NCBI GenBank assembly: GCA_002104905.1
Contig: MCFE01000044.1
Coordinates: 1-64,000 of the forward strand
DNA: 64,000 bases
Direction of reading: 5' to 3'
Source of the DNA: Basidiobolus meristosporus CBS 931.73
Taxonomy: Eukaryota; Fungi; Basidiobolomycota
A program made the translations under genes and the position numbers. Numbering within the stretch: position 1 is the first letter of the stretch; every line of letters starts with the position of its first letter. The notes under the pieces are model-generated. The model searched no databases and was not told the origin of the DNA. It saw only the letters and a program-made list of their open reading frames with translations. This document shows, one piece after another, positions 36,939-50,719 of the stretch.

Positions 36939-39900
36939 AGACTTGTTCCATTGGATGGTGCCACATTGTGCCAGCCTGTTTATAGTGGCGGATCAATCTG
37001 GTGCTCTATGGTACTATCTGGCACTATAACTTCTACCATAATGCCAGGTGTAGGATATAGCTACTTGTAATTTTATTCAATCTTACATATATTGCTCAGA
37101 ATAGTGCTTTCTGTGCTTTATTTACTCCTCATAATGATCTAGACACATTTCTCTCAGTGGATGTCTTCTTGTATGAATATACTCAGCATTGATAAGTATC
37201 ATAACTATTTACCTATTCTGCTATTTTTGCCTATATGGGACTTTCCTCTGTATTTACCAGCTAATATGCTGAATATCTGCAGATATCCACATATGTGGTC
37301 CAACCTCACACTGAAATGATTCAATATCTCATTGTAGAGCTTCTGCTTCCTGCTAAGCACACCATTGCTTGGCTCCTTATATGCTGTAATACATCCTAAT
37401 CTCTGACAATCCACTCCTGTATAAGCTAAGTCTGCCATCCATTTCTCCCCTCTGCTCAAATCTAGATGACCCTCTACCCAGAGTGCTTTGTTATGCCTAC
37501 TTCCAGCAAATGGCCAACCAAACCAGATGATGTTACTCTCAATGTCATACATTGCTTGAAACTTCACAGAGTGTGCCTTGTACTTGCCAGAATAAAAGTG
37601 CCTCTGCCTTCTAGAAGGTCTGTTCATCCTGATTGGTAAGGTATCCAAAATAATATTGATATGAAAACTGTTGCTGAACACCCTGGGATATGAAAGTCTA
37701 TTGGAGCTTCTGAACCTGGTATTTCAAACTTGCTCTAAGGCACTCATATGCTCTGCAAGGTGGTTCTCCATTGCTGCCAGCTGGGAATGAAAGCTTCTAA
37801 AACTTTTGTTGTAATGGACAGTGGGATGAGACCTTATGGGGAATTAGTGCTTTTAATAGCAGAGAAGACTAACAAGGGATTGCTGTGAGTATATTGGTGT
37901 AGATTGCCAACAGTACTTGGTATATATCTCCTCTAGCATGTCAAAAGGAAATCTAGTGTTTGCAATGGGATTGATGAGTAAAGAGCATTCAGATGAGTAA
38001 GTCATATTGATATTGGTAGGTGATTGGGCTGAGTTAATTCGATTCAATTTGGCACAATCAGCTTTATTTATCTGATTTTCCATGCATTATGATCTAATCT
38101 CCACCACTTGCTATATATCCCATCATTCTGTTGCAAAAATCATCCTCAAAGAATTACTTGGTTTTTTATCAATGCTTTATGCACAAGTCTATAATCAGAT
38201 AGGAAATCTGCAACTGATGTGATCTGATCCATGTCAATGCAATCCAAGATGCATCACACATAATGTATGGAAAATTCAACAATCACATTAGTTTTCACAT
38301 ATACTTCATATAAGACCAGGTTGATGCCAATACACTACTGTATAAGTATCCAAATCTGTCACTATGGTCCAGATACTAAATCTCAACTCATCTTTAGTAC
38401 AAACCAGACAAACCCATACCCCAGTGCACAAGCATGGTCCCAACCAGTGAAGCTGATGTCAGATCTGTTTGAGTTCTTGCCAAATGATTTTAGTATGGCC
38501 CAAATGTCTATGATGAGCCTTCATACAGATATTTGGGTACTACACATTAATCTTGCAGAACTAGAAACCTAAGAGAGTCAATAGAGATGGAAAAACCTGA
38601 GTAGAAAGCTGTGGCATAAGTTCTACATCAAGATGCCAGCAGATTTATGTAAGAAGATGTATAACAAGACAAGTATTGAAATCAAGAATCAGCTGAGAAT
38701 TAGGGGATATGATGAGGAAGCCACATGGGAACAATTTTGCATGCAATTTACACAGTGCTGGCTAGATGCGTTTGTTTATACCTCAACTTTTGGAACTAAA
38801 GAGATTTCAAATGAGTTATTGCCACAAATAACTAATATACCACATGATAAATTAGTAGGGCTAAGTGGCTTCTAAGATGAATATAAACAGGACTCATCCA
38901 GGAAACAGTTCCAGAGTATTAGACAAAGGGTAGGTGAATACCTAGAGAATTGATAAGGTGAGCTTCAAGAGGAAGAAAACAGAGCATCTGCATCAGCATC
39001 TAGATTGCACCAGCATGCCTGCCAGATTCCTTACCATCCCTTGCAACTTCAGCATGCCGGCACAAATCATTCCAAACTACATAAACACCCTTCACAAGAG
39101 TGCCCTGCAGCAAGTCAACACATGTCAGGTCAACATGTGTGCCTCAGAGAAAAACCACAAGAACTTGCTGAACTACTCATTTATACACAAGTCCATTGGA
39201 GCAGACTAAGTTGTGTCAACAAGTGACATCACAGCCAAGGGCCATGCCAGCACATCAAGTCACACCTACACATGCCATTACACCTGACCATCAGCAAGTT
39301 TATTCTGGCAAACTAACTGATAATGACCCACATGAAGTGCCTTCACTACCAGAGCCTTTGGCAAGTAAAAGAACACATCAGCATGTAGCAGTGCAGGCCA
39401 GTTCAGTAGCATCATCTGGAGCAATTAAGTGCAGCCAAGTTGCAGCATTACTCTAAGCAACTAAGAGGCAAAATATTAGACTTGCTCCGTTGGATAGTGC
39501 CACATTGTGCCATGAGTGCCAAATGAAGCCATAGTGTGCCAGAGAGGCCAAGTGACCCTATACTTGGCCACAGAGTGTGAAACATTGCTCTGCATCTTCA
39601 TACAAAGTAGCCCCTGTGTTTCACCTATGATGCAGGAGAAAGTCAATTTTTTGATGTTATTTTGTGGATCAATGTTGTGCGGGATTTGTAAGAGCACAAA
39701 AGAACTGAAGATATGCATCTGATACTCAATACCCATGGCCCTCCGAATCTAGCTCATGTGGCTTGTAACATGTCACAAAAATTCATGGCACTATCTTTGT
39801 CTACTGGTTCTATCTAGCACTATACTTAATTTTTAGCCCTAAGTAAGATCAATACAAAGCACTTATAGTGCCAGATAGTACCAGTGGACCAAGATAGTGC

Positions 39901-41077
39901 CATGCATTTTGGTGACATGTTATAAGCCACATGAGCTAGATTCAGAGTGCCATGGGCATTGAGTACCTGATGCATGTCTACAACTCTTCTGTGCTCTTAC
40001 ATGTCCTGTGCAACATTGACCTAAAAAAAAGGTCAAAAAATGGATTTTCTCCAACACAATGAGTGAAACATAGGAGCTGCTTTGCATGAAGATGCAGAGC
40101 TATGCTTCACACTCTGTGGCCAAGTATAGGGTCACTTGGCCTCCCTGGCACCCAATGGCATCATTTGGCACTCAAGGCTCAATGTGGCACTATCCAACAA
40201 AACAAGTCTATTGACTACAAATACACAAGTAGCCAAGATGATAGTCAGCAAAGATGTAGTCAAGGTATCCACAGTAAATCACAACCTAATGCATCAGTAG
40301 TAATCCCTTTGAGAAAAACCTAGGAGAAGATGATGCATTGCATTGAATTGCTATCATTTCTCATCATCTATATAATGCATTTTTCTTTTGCAAATGAAGT
40401 TGAACCGTTGCAAATCAGTAATCACTAAGTTTTTGATGCTAGTAATATTAAGGTTGTCTCACATTTGGGATAGAACCTCTATAAATAAGCACCCTGTGTA
40501 TATGTTCATCATTTATAACAACAGTGCAGCCATTGGATCTGTTTTGTACCTATCCAATTGGTTGCGTGCTAATTATTACACCTTTTCCAATCACTAGGAT
40601 CAGGGATTTACTTGCTCAATAGGCAAAATAGAATACTTGATGGCAAATCAGGTGGCTTGTGTACTGGTCAAAGAGCTATTTAGGGGCTGACAGCTTCAAG
40701 ATACTTTTGCATCAATTAACCTTTGAGATACCATCCAATTGGAGTAATGGTAACTAAAATGGTAAGCATCAGTGTGGTTTATAGTGTGATATGCATTTAT
40801 TTCCATTTACATCAAAGAAACATATCCAAATATCAGATTTTACCTACAATAATATCAGTGTCTGATTGCGCACACAATGCAAACACTACAAGCTGGTGTA
40901 ATTATCCATGCCAACCTCATTGTGTCAGATTATGCCATAGTGTGCAAGATTGTCCAACATGGTGCAAAATTGTCCAAGAGCAATCCTACCTACTGGTAGC
41001 TATAATTTTGCACCCTATTGTTCTTAGAGACCGCAGATTGCACCGCACACCCTGGCACAGTACAATGGAACAGGTCT
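36939..41077 (-). mobile_element. Full-length Harbinger-superfamily copy Z (~3.4 kb without MITE3), TSD ACT
   Basis: ~25-bp imperfect TIRs AGACTTGTTCCATTG / CAATGGAACAGGTCT; ACT on both flanks; transposase 37125-38083 (-); Myb-like ORF2 from ~38400 (+) with RWKNL motif. Confidence 0.88.
39478..40209. mobile_element. Foldback MITE 3 (732 bp), TSD ATT
   Basis: TIRs and arms; inserted in ORF2 of copy Z. Confidence 0.93.
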
Positions 41078-41481
41078 ACTGATTAATGCACAGTATATTC
41101 ATACCAGAGGACATCCACTGAGGGAAATGTGTCTGGGGCATTGTGAAGAGAAAATAAAGCAAGGAATGCACTATTCTGAGCAACATAATTAAGATTGAGT
41201 AAAATATTAGTAACTATATCATACCACTGGCATTATGGTAGAAGATACAGTGCCAGATAGTGTCATAGAGTGCCAGATCAGTCCTGCACTAAAACCAACT
41301 GGCACTATGCGGAACTATCCAGCAGAACAAGTCTACTTTTAATGGGACAGCCCTACTAGAGTTTGCAAGGTCTCTTATGTTCACAACCCAGCTTCCAAAA
41401 CATTCAGTATGGAACTCACAAAAGCAAGTGCCAGAGCACATCTATAAGGGGGACTATAATACAGTGGGGAGAAGGAGTATT

Positions 41482-42150
41482 AGACTTCTTCCATTGAATA
41501 GTGCCACATTGAGATATGAGTGCCAACAGTGCCATAGTGTGCCAGAGTAGCATAGCAGGCCTATATTAGGTAACACAATGTGAAACTTAATTCTTCATCT
41601 TCATGCAAAACAGCATGGTGTTGCACCCATAATGCTGGAGAAATCCTTTTTTTGACCTCTTTTTTTTTTGGATTGATGCTGGGCATGATGTGTAAGAGCA
41701 CCAATGGACTGAAGATATGCATTTAGTACATAGTACACTTTGCACTCTGAATTTAGCTCTAGAGGCTGAAATATGTTGCAAAAATGCATGGCTTGATTTT
41801 AGTCTGCTGGTACTATCTAGCACTATAAGTGCTTTGCATAGGCCTTACTTTAGGCTAATATTCAAGTAGAGTTCCAGCTAGTACCAGTGGATTGAGATAA
41901 TGCCAAACAATTTTGTGACATGTTACCAGCCCCTAGAGCTAGAATTTGAGTGCCATGAGTATTGAGTACCAAGTGCAGGTCTTCAGCTATGATTTCCTCT
42001 TACAGATCAGGCACAACACTGATCCCCAAATAGAGGCCAAAAAGTGGATTTCCTCCAGCTGAGTGGGTGGAACAAAGTGGCTGCTTTGCGTAAAAATGAA
42101 GAGCTATCTAGCACACCTTGAGACTAAGTATAGATCTGCCTGGCCTCAAT
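41482..42150. mobile_element. Foldback MITE 4, older, right TIR missing
   Basis: Left end ATT|AGACTTCTTCC; diverged arms. Confidence 0.8.
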
Positions 42151-42429
42151 GGCACACTATAGACTGTTTGGCCAGTCAGGTGTGCACACATAAATGTTGA
42201 GCTCATCATGACTGTTAGGGTGCCATGCAATTCATGTTAAAGGACCACCAAATCAGTAACAAGTTTTAAGCATTTTTTTGGCAGTAGGATCAGCAAAATG
42301 CCATTGCAGTCCCATCACCAGATTGTGTAGAGGGTCAATAATTCCAAGCTGCTGGCATTATGATGTACTCATTGCAGGATCCTGATGGCTGATTGATATT
42401 GATTGACCTGCAGGACCAAGTTATTTTTC

Positions 42430-44060
42430 ATAAGGGTACATTGGAAGCATTCAGAGTCCTATGTTGATATTGCATAAACATTTATCCAGAAGTGGATCAC
42501 AAATGTCACTTTTGCACATCTATAGCTATTATGCAAGGAGTTTGTGACATGATTCAAGCAGCTATATAACAAGCATTTAACTTGAGGCCTAGATCTTTGC
42601 CCCTACTGCATCCTTTCTTTTCTCCATCTTGCTTGGTGTATAGAGAGTATAAGGCCTTGCTTAAGCAGTTAAGAACTCCCGATGGAGCAAATGTGTAGAA
42701 GGACAGGAAGACAAGTTGTGTTGTAAGTACTGAAATATCCCAATCTCATCTAGAGTGCTACCTTCAAGTCCATCATGGATGTAATGCATTGGGGCATGTA
42801 CAACAGTCTAAATGTGTTAGAAGTACTGAAAACAGATGTGCATATGGGGATATCCATGATTTTGACATCAGGAATCTAAGTAGCTCAAATGCATAGGCAA
42901 TTGGTTGACAAAGGCAAGATTGATTTTTATACAACAGGCAAATGATGTTTGATAGGACAACTTTACCAAAGAATGCTGGGTTTCTCCTGAGTACAGGCAG
43001 GCATTTGAGCTATGCAATACAGAATCCATTGAAACAAGAATCAGATGGCTCCTATGAGGGGCACTAAAGTCTAGCTGGCAAAAAAATATATTATGTTCCA
43101 TTGGATAGTGCCACATTGAGCCATGAGTGCCAAATGATGCTGTAGTGTGCCCAAGAGGCAAAGAGAACCTATAATTGGCTGCAGAGTGTGCAACATAGCT
43201 CAGCATCTCCATGCAAAGCAGCCCCTGTGTTTCACCTATGATGCAGGAGAAAATCCATTTTTGGACATTTTTTTGTGGATAAATGTTCTGCAGGATGTGT
43301 AAGAGCACAGAAGAACTAAAGATATGCATCAGGTACTCAATACCCATGGCACTACAAATCTAGCTCCTGTGGCTTGTAACACGTCACAAAAATGCATGGC
43401 ACTATCTTGGTCCACTGGTACTATCTGGAACTATAAGTGCTTTGTATAGATCTTACTTTAGGATTAATAATTAAATATAGTGCCAGTAGTACCAGTGGAC
43501 CAAGTTAGTGCCATGCATTTTTGTGACATGTTACTAGCCACAGGAGTTAGACTCAGAGTGCCATGGGAATTGAGTACCAGGTGTATATCTTCAATTCTTT
43601 TGTGCTCTTACACATCCTGCACAACATTGACCTTAAAAAAAAGGTCAAAAGTTGATTTTCTCCAACACAATGAGTGAAATAGAGGGGTGGCATTGCATGA
43701 GGATGCAGAGCTATGTTTCACACTTGGCGGCCAAGTATTAGCTCACTTGGTCTCCATGGCACACTATGGCATCATTTGGCACTCATGGCTCAATGTGGCA
43801 CTATCCAACGGAACAAGTCTATTAGTTAAGTACCAAAAAGTATTTGACAATATTCTTGGGTTCTTATGGCAAAGTGATAGTAACTAAGCATAAACTTGCA
43901 AGAGGTATATATTACCAGTAATATAGGCATCTGGCAACTTTGCAAGTATCACACTGAAAATCCTTGATCTTGAGATGATGGAAGTGAGTCAATTGCAGCA
44001 GGTGAGCATGTATGTACAGGTCAGTAGGCCATAGACTGTAGTTTTCTGACTCATAAAATA
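42430..44060 (+). mobile_element. Second CACTA-like transposase remnant, split by MITE5
   Basis: Nucleotide homology to 30450-31222 on both sides of MITE5. Confidence 0.6.
43093..43820. mobile_element. Foldback MITE 5, TSD ATT, 4-bp deletion in left TIR
   Basis: ATT|A----TGTTCC...GGAACAAGTCT|ATT; empty site matches 31080-31100. Confidence 0.88.
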
Positions 44061-44499
44061 TGTGGAAAACCCGTAATTTTAGTGAGTGAACACACAAATT
44101 GGTGTGATTTTACTATGGAACCTAGAAATGGTGTGAGAGGAGATAGCTATAGTAAGTACCATTTGGTTAATATGCATAGCAGCCTTATACCAGACTAGCT
44201 GTAGGCTGCAGAGCTGCCATATCAATGCCAATAGATATCTGCAACATGGCACTCAAAGAAGTGGCAAATACTCTCAAGAAATGGCATTTGCATGTTTTGG
44301 CTGGTTGGGTCTGCTTAAATAAGTGTGGACCACACTAGCAGTATCAGAATACCATGCAAATAATGCTTAAGGCTGCAAGAACAAATAATATCTGGTTTTC
44401 TGGCAGCCTTCCTGCTGACCAAGGTTGGCATCATGACAGCAATACAAGTGCCTATAACTAGCCCTGTATAATGCTGCTGTACTAATTTACAAAATGCTA

Positions 44500-45600
44500 T
44501 TTACACCTTCTACCTTTAATTGCACTACTGGTATATTGCACTGTAGAAATAACCACTTTATTTACTTGCCCATTACCACAATGGGTATTTCCCATATGGT
44601 ATGAATCAAAAGAAGCTATGGCTTTGCCTTACTAGCCTCTACATATATGCACACTTGCTGCAATGGATGCACTTCTATCACCGCATATCTGAAGCTTTTC
44701 AGTGCAAGACTTGCAAAGTAGCCATACAACTTCTATTGCCAGTAAAACATATATCTAGCAAGCATATGCTTAGTAGCTACAACTTTTGCCATGAATACAT
44801 CTTGAATATCTGCAGGATACTCTCTGGTACTTGGCTATTATACTCCTTTTCACTGCTGGATACTAGTCCCCCTTAAAGGTTTGCAGCAATTCTTATTTGC
44901 TGAGCTTACATTGAATGGTGTTGAGGCTGGCTTGTACCCAGGACAAACCCAGCATACTTTGGTAACTTAATGCCAAGGGCATAGGTGTCCATTTGTAGAA
45001 TCTGTGCCCAGTATTTTCCAACTCTTCCGGGCTGTCCTCCATATGCCACCCAATTGCTTTTATGAGAGACATGAAGGTATTATTCTTGATGAGATTATGA
45101 TATAGTGGTGCTTGCTACTTAACTTGTCAACCAATATCCCAACACATCTGCTTAACAGGAAGCCCCAATCTGAATTAAGGCTGCAACAATCACCACACAC
45201 CCAGCAAGATGGTATCAAGAATGAATGCAGTATTGGCAGAAATCTTCATGTTCAGGTTTCTTCTGGTAGTATAGTTGCTCAAATCCTGTCAAACATTCCT
45301 TGCAAAATAGCCGTATATACACCAAATGAGCACTGGTGATCTGCTTCTTAATCAATGCTGGCTAATGTTAACAGAGGTGTCTGATGGGTGCAACAGCCTC
45401 TGGGTCTAAACTATCAATGACTCTATAGCCATATCACTGTGATAAAGGTACCTACCTCTCTAGCTTTCTAGATACCCCATATCTCTCCAAAGACCTCTGT
45501 ATGTCTTGTGAATTGCACTAAAGCGCTCTTTGATATATGTCTTGGGTGTAGCTGTTGAAGATAAGTGAGTGATCATCTACCAATCAATGAGGGAAAAGTG
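44500..45600 (-). mobile_element. Third CACTA-like transposase remnant (inverted)
   Basis: Minus strand FEQLYYQKKPEH..HLAGCV homologous to FERLYYKHKAEH..HLAWCV; shared 3' block with 31100-31220. Confidence 0.55.
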
Positions 45601-45699
45601 CCACTAATAGAAGGGATAAGTTACTGATAAGGTGCTGACTTCCTGTAAACATGTTTCTTAACTGCCAAGTGGCTATCTACAACAGGGGTCTGGAGTACT

Positions 45700-48473
45700 C
45701 CCTACTTCAGTAGAATTAATAATGAAATCACTACAAGCTAAGAATGGTCTAAGATTCTGGCAGGTTCTAAAGGGTGCAGCTAATTTTACCAATCAGGGTT
45801 CAGTTGCTTGAGACCAGTGTAACCTAGAGATACCATTTATTATTTTGAAATGGTAGGGATCCCTATGAACATTATTGTAATGATCCTGTCAAAAATCCAT
45901 CACAAATTTAAAGTTCCATGACTAACAGGTATTGATCCTATCATGACACCATGCAAAGACAGTCAAAAAAAATTTTCACTTCAGATTTCACAAAAACTTG
46001 GTCCAAATTAATCATGACATCAATACAAAAGTGGCATTTGATTTGTTCTCTGCCAATCCTCTCACTTTGTGATCCTGGACACTCTATCACCTCCTACACT
46101 TGTGTGCATTGACTGGCTATTGCCTCTATTTCACACTTCTTACTTCCTAACTCAACTGTTTCTCTTACTTTTCAGGCATAAGAGCTGATTTAGGTCCATT
46201 GAAACTTCTGTTGTACCCCCATTGCCAAATGTATTGACCTATACAAGTCCCAATACCCTACATTAACATTAAGTCCAACCCCACACTCAACAAGTATCTC
46301 CATTGAAATCCACCACTCAATAAGTATTTCAGCTGTAATGCTCTGTTTCCATGACTTTGGCAGGAGCCCTGCAGCTTTATGCCACTTTTCATTTACTGGC
46401 TCCCGTATGTCCTGGGCTTCAGCCACTACTGCAAGGTTTGGCATCTCATCTGCCAGTCCTTATAATATTCAAGTGCATTTTCTTGAGCACTGCTCTTGAA
46501 GAAGAGCTGCCTCTTGGTATGCCTATTAATGATCCAGAATTCCACTGAAGGCATTATTATGACCTTTTGAGTTCTTGACATTGTTGCTTTATCTGCCAGT
46601 GGGATCTCCACTCTGTCAACAGTGAAGAAAATGGAGGCTGTGGTAGACAAATTGCCTTTCCCTGCAAACTCTCTACCTCATTGGAGTATAGCGCAACTGG
46701 CTGTGCTTCCAAATCATGTGAAAGCAGTGGTTTTCTTATTATAGATTCTTCTTACCTATGATGGGATGCACTCTGTTCCAGGCTTACAGCATCAATTGAC
46801 AAGAACTGCAGCTTTTTCTCCCACTTCCCTGTCTCTGGATTAGGTAGACTCTTTTCCCTGTACCTTTTCTTCTATCACTGCTAGGTCTTTCACTGCTACT
46901 TTGTATGAATGCTTCTTGTATTGAACTTCATTTTCTGCCTGGTAATGCTGCTTTGATGCATCAATTTTGGCCTACCTGGCCATTGCTTACACTCTGGAGT
47001 CAACCTGATCCTTCTTTTCCTCTTATTTTGAGCTCTCAGCCTATGCTGAGAAAGGCTCCTGAAGTAAACGCTTATTTATATCACTGCCAGTTTCTTTACT
47101 GCTACATGGACTGAGTGCCTCTTGAGTAGAAAAACACTTTTTTTGTGGTAAATGTTGTGCTAGTGCATCTGTGACTGCCTGCTTTTCCCTTATTAGTACT
47201 CTTCCAGCTACTTGAGGTTTCTTTGATGCTTGTCTGGAGCTTTTGGCCCTGCTTGTAACAGGCTCTTGAGGAAGCTGCTGGTTTTTAGCCATTGCACCAT
47301 TGTTCTTCTGCCTTTGATATTTTCTGCTATTCTTGAGATACTTTCTTAGCATACCTATGCTGGCCCAAAATCTGTTTGCTTGCTTGAGCCCAGGATAATG
47401 CACATGGAGCAAGTCAAGCGCATACTTCTGAGCCTTGAGTTCCTTCTTTACAGCAAGAATATTGCTTTACCTACCTGAAGTACTGATTGCTCTACATGTA
47501 TTAGCCACTCATCCTATTTCTGGACTCTTTCTTGATTTCTCTGAGCCACTGCACCTATTTTCCTCATTAATGCTTTGGTATCAGTTGACAACATACTAGC
47601 TAAAATGGTTGGTGGTGATGTTATGACAGTTACTTGCTGGTCTTCAGCTAAAGGTACTGCTTTTGCTACATTTCATCTGCCTCAGCACTATGATAGGCTT
47701 GCGGTGTGGTGGTGTATAAGTCCCAGGGAGAGATACGTCTAACACTTCTTAAGTGTTTTGTGTGCGGGGTGTTCACTGGGTGCAATAACCTCTGGCAAAA
47801 GCTTGCTAGGAATACTTTGGTTCTGTCTCTAATCTAATGTGATGGGGAATAAAGCTACAAGCTTGTCAAGGGAAAACTACTGAGCTACAATCCCCAACTT
47901 AGTTGGCATCTTAACAAAAGTATGTGCTGGGCTCAATGTTCTATGAGATGACAATGTACTAAAGCTTCCAAAGTCAAAAAAACTGTAAACTCAACCAGCA
48001 GGGACTTGGTAAGAATGCAGCTGTGGTCAATAGTTACAAAGACAGAAAAGTATCTTTGCCTGTACAAGAACAAACATGGGAAAGAATCAAATATAATAAA
48101 AGGTACCTACTCTGAGTATTCCTCACAAGTAGTGCCTCCAAGGTCAATTGGCTGTTGGTGCGGTTTCCTGGGAGTGTCCTGTGGTCTGGAGTTGGCAGTT
48201 CAGGTAGCAGCAGGTAGCAGCGATCACACTAATCAATAAGTTGGTATATTGATAAAAGGATGATGATTTATTGTTGAAGGATAGTCTCCCTTATATACTT
48301 TTCTCACTGGCTAAGTAATTGCTAAACATAGTGTTCCAGAAGGTTCCAGATATCAATAGAAATCTTAATGACATCAGAATGAGCTAAGAGTATTCTAGGT
48401 AGCTACTGGAAGGTTCTAAGAGGCACAGCACATCCAACCTATCAGGAATCAGTATTATGAAACCTGCGTAACA
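45700..48473 (-). mobile_element. Very decayed LTR-retroelement 5' part (gag-like) with putative LTR ~48153-48473
   Basis: TGTT..AACA ends with minus-strand TATA (GAAAAGTATATAAG) and AATAAA spaced as in the other LTRs; charged, stop-riddled gag-like frames. Confidence 0.35.
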
Positions 48474-50719
48474 TAGGGATACCATATATGGTATGAAAAT
48501 TGTAGGGATGGAGACATGGGCTGATCAAGTGTTGCAGGTACTGGCACAGGTACTTGCCTAATATAGAAGCCCTCACAGCTAGTAATCTTACATAAAGTGA
48601 GGGATGACTTATGCAATAAGGTAAGCAGGTGTGATAGTCAACTGGCTTATGGGATAGTACTGATCAGGTAAGACAAATGTGATAAAACTAAAATAACTGT
48701 AGCAGAGATATAGGGAAGTAGAAAATATGAGAATGAGCACATCTGTCAGTGAGTGTCACTGTCACCCCACTGTAGTGACTCAGCGGAAGTCCCAATTGCT
48801 TACTGGACTAAGAGTCTGAGGTGTCCACATCATTACTTTCAGTGGGCTGACTGTACACAGGATCTTTTGTGGTTGTAGCCCTGCTTGATGCACTTAATGT
48901 CAAAACAAGCTGATGTCAGCAGTGGTGTTTGGCTGGGAACCAGATAACTCTACTTCATTTTTTGGTGGCATATTTATGAAAGTTAGTCAAACCAAAGAGG
49001 AATGGTGTTACATATATGTGTACATGTGGCGCTACAACTTTATTTATAATGTTTACTATGGCTGATCATTGTTGAATCTTACATTCATGTTGGTGCAATG
49101 TCACAAATACCGTCCACCTTAAATCTGCATGAGTACTAACAAAAAAATGATATAATAGTGTTACATTGTTGAGTGTCAAACTGTTTGCTGCATGGACAAG
49201 ACTACTCTGATTCACCACTGTAAGCAACGAGAAAAATGACCATGTGGCCATTGTAGCAAGATGCTCAGCCATGAAGCTCACAGGAAGTGTAGGAAGTATT
49301 ACAAGGATCACAGCCTGTGTTCTCCCACACAAGTCATACTTGACCTTCATTAGTCACTGCTGCACCAACAACATCTGGCCAGCCACTTGATACTTCTATA
49401 ACTGTATCAGGCTGTACTTGTCACCTTGCACAAACTGAGTCAGGTAAGTTTGTGATCCCTATAGGCTCACCCCAGCCTTCTGCGTATAGCATGCAGAGCA
49501 ATAGCTCTGAGGAAGCAGGCTTGCTGATGGATTGTGAGCCTATCTCCCCTGACAAAGGTACCCAGCATGAGCTTGGCAAAGTCCCATTATGCAATGAGAC
49601 AACACCTGTGGAAAGAAACACTGTGGATACTTTATGGAGTCATGTGAGCCCAGTAATCTACTTACTGGAGCATGATGTGATGTTGTGGTTGGTGACACAG
49701 TGTGTATCCACTCATATCTCAAATGGGGGCTTTGTGGATTTACTAAAACCTCTTGCCAAAATTGTCCTGGGATGCATCTTACCATCTAAATGGTATAAGT
49801 GGATATTATTGCTGGCAACTTGTGACATAGAGACTTTTCTGATACCAGCATGTATTAAAAGTTGCATGTCATTCACATCCAAGAATGCTACCATTGCAAG
49901 AGTGCACATTTGTTGAGGTTAGTAAGCAGGAGGCCATAATATTCTCTGATTTAAACTCTATGTGGAATACCCAAGGTGGTAGTGGGTAGGCAAGTAAAGA
50001 GGGGTGAATCTACAGTGGAATATATGAATTATGTAAGGAGAGGTAGAAAAAGGAAATACCACTTTGTTGATTGGTACACTAGTATTACATAGAACTAGCT
50101 GTAGGCTGCCATACTGCCATAATAATTTCTATAAGTGGCTTGCAAAAAGGCTGTCAAAACACCATCAAGTGTTTTGCCATATAAGGCAGTGGGACATCTT
50201 GGCTGGTTAGATGCACTCAAATAATTGCAGAGGGCACTAAGACTGCCCTAATGTCATGCCACCCTTGGCAAAGCACTGCCCAAACACTGTTATGTTTTTA
50301 ACTTTTTTTGGCAGCAAAATTAGCCAAACACTGTTGTGATCCCATTATAAGGTTGTGTAGAGGATTATTAGCTCCAGACTACTGGAAATATCACGGTCTC
50401 CTGGCAGGATCATGATAGCTGATTTGGATTGGATCCACCTGCAGGATCAGATAACTTATTATAGGGCCTATCTCTGCTAGCATTTGTTGAAATATTGGAC
50501 ACTGTAATATCACTCAGTAGCTGAATGTTTACTCAGTAACTCTAAGGTAAGCTTAGTCACTTCAGACCTCATATACCGCATTAACTTTGCCATTTTCTTT
50601 AGAGATATGATCCTATGATTATTCCCCTACAGTCAGGATCACAGTAGCACTTTTACAGACATCTAGTATAAACCTTCACACTGTTACAGAATGCTCCTGA
50701 TGATTGAGAAACCTACCTG

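Larger units (their letters stand above)
35102..41334 (+). mobile_element. Harbinger-superfamily copy Y, internally deleted, hosting MITE2 and copy Z
   Basis: Myb-side sequence fused at ~36760 to transposase 3' end; transposase resumes at 41081; right TIR GCAGAACAAGTCT ending 41334. Confidence 0.75.

Noticed and set aside
33864-43347. Recurring MGIEYQMHIFSS ORFs (33864, 39476, 42868 and related)
   Set aside because: They are readings of MITE arms; lengths and stops vary between copies and strands, with no coding signature
48480-50700. Cys/His-containing ORF fragments, and blocks shared with 42230-42420 and 44100-44300
   Set aside because: Clearly repeat-derived and CpG-depleted, but I could not assign a family or boundaries
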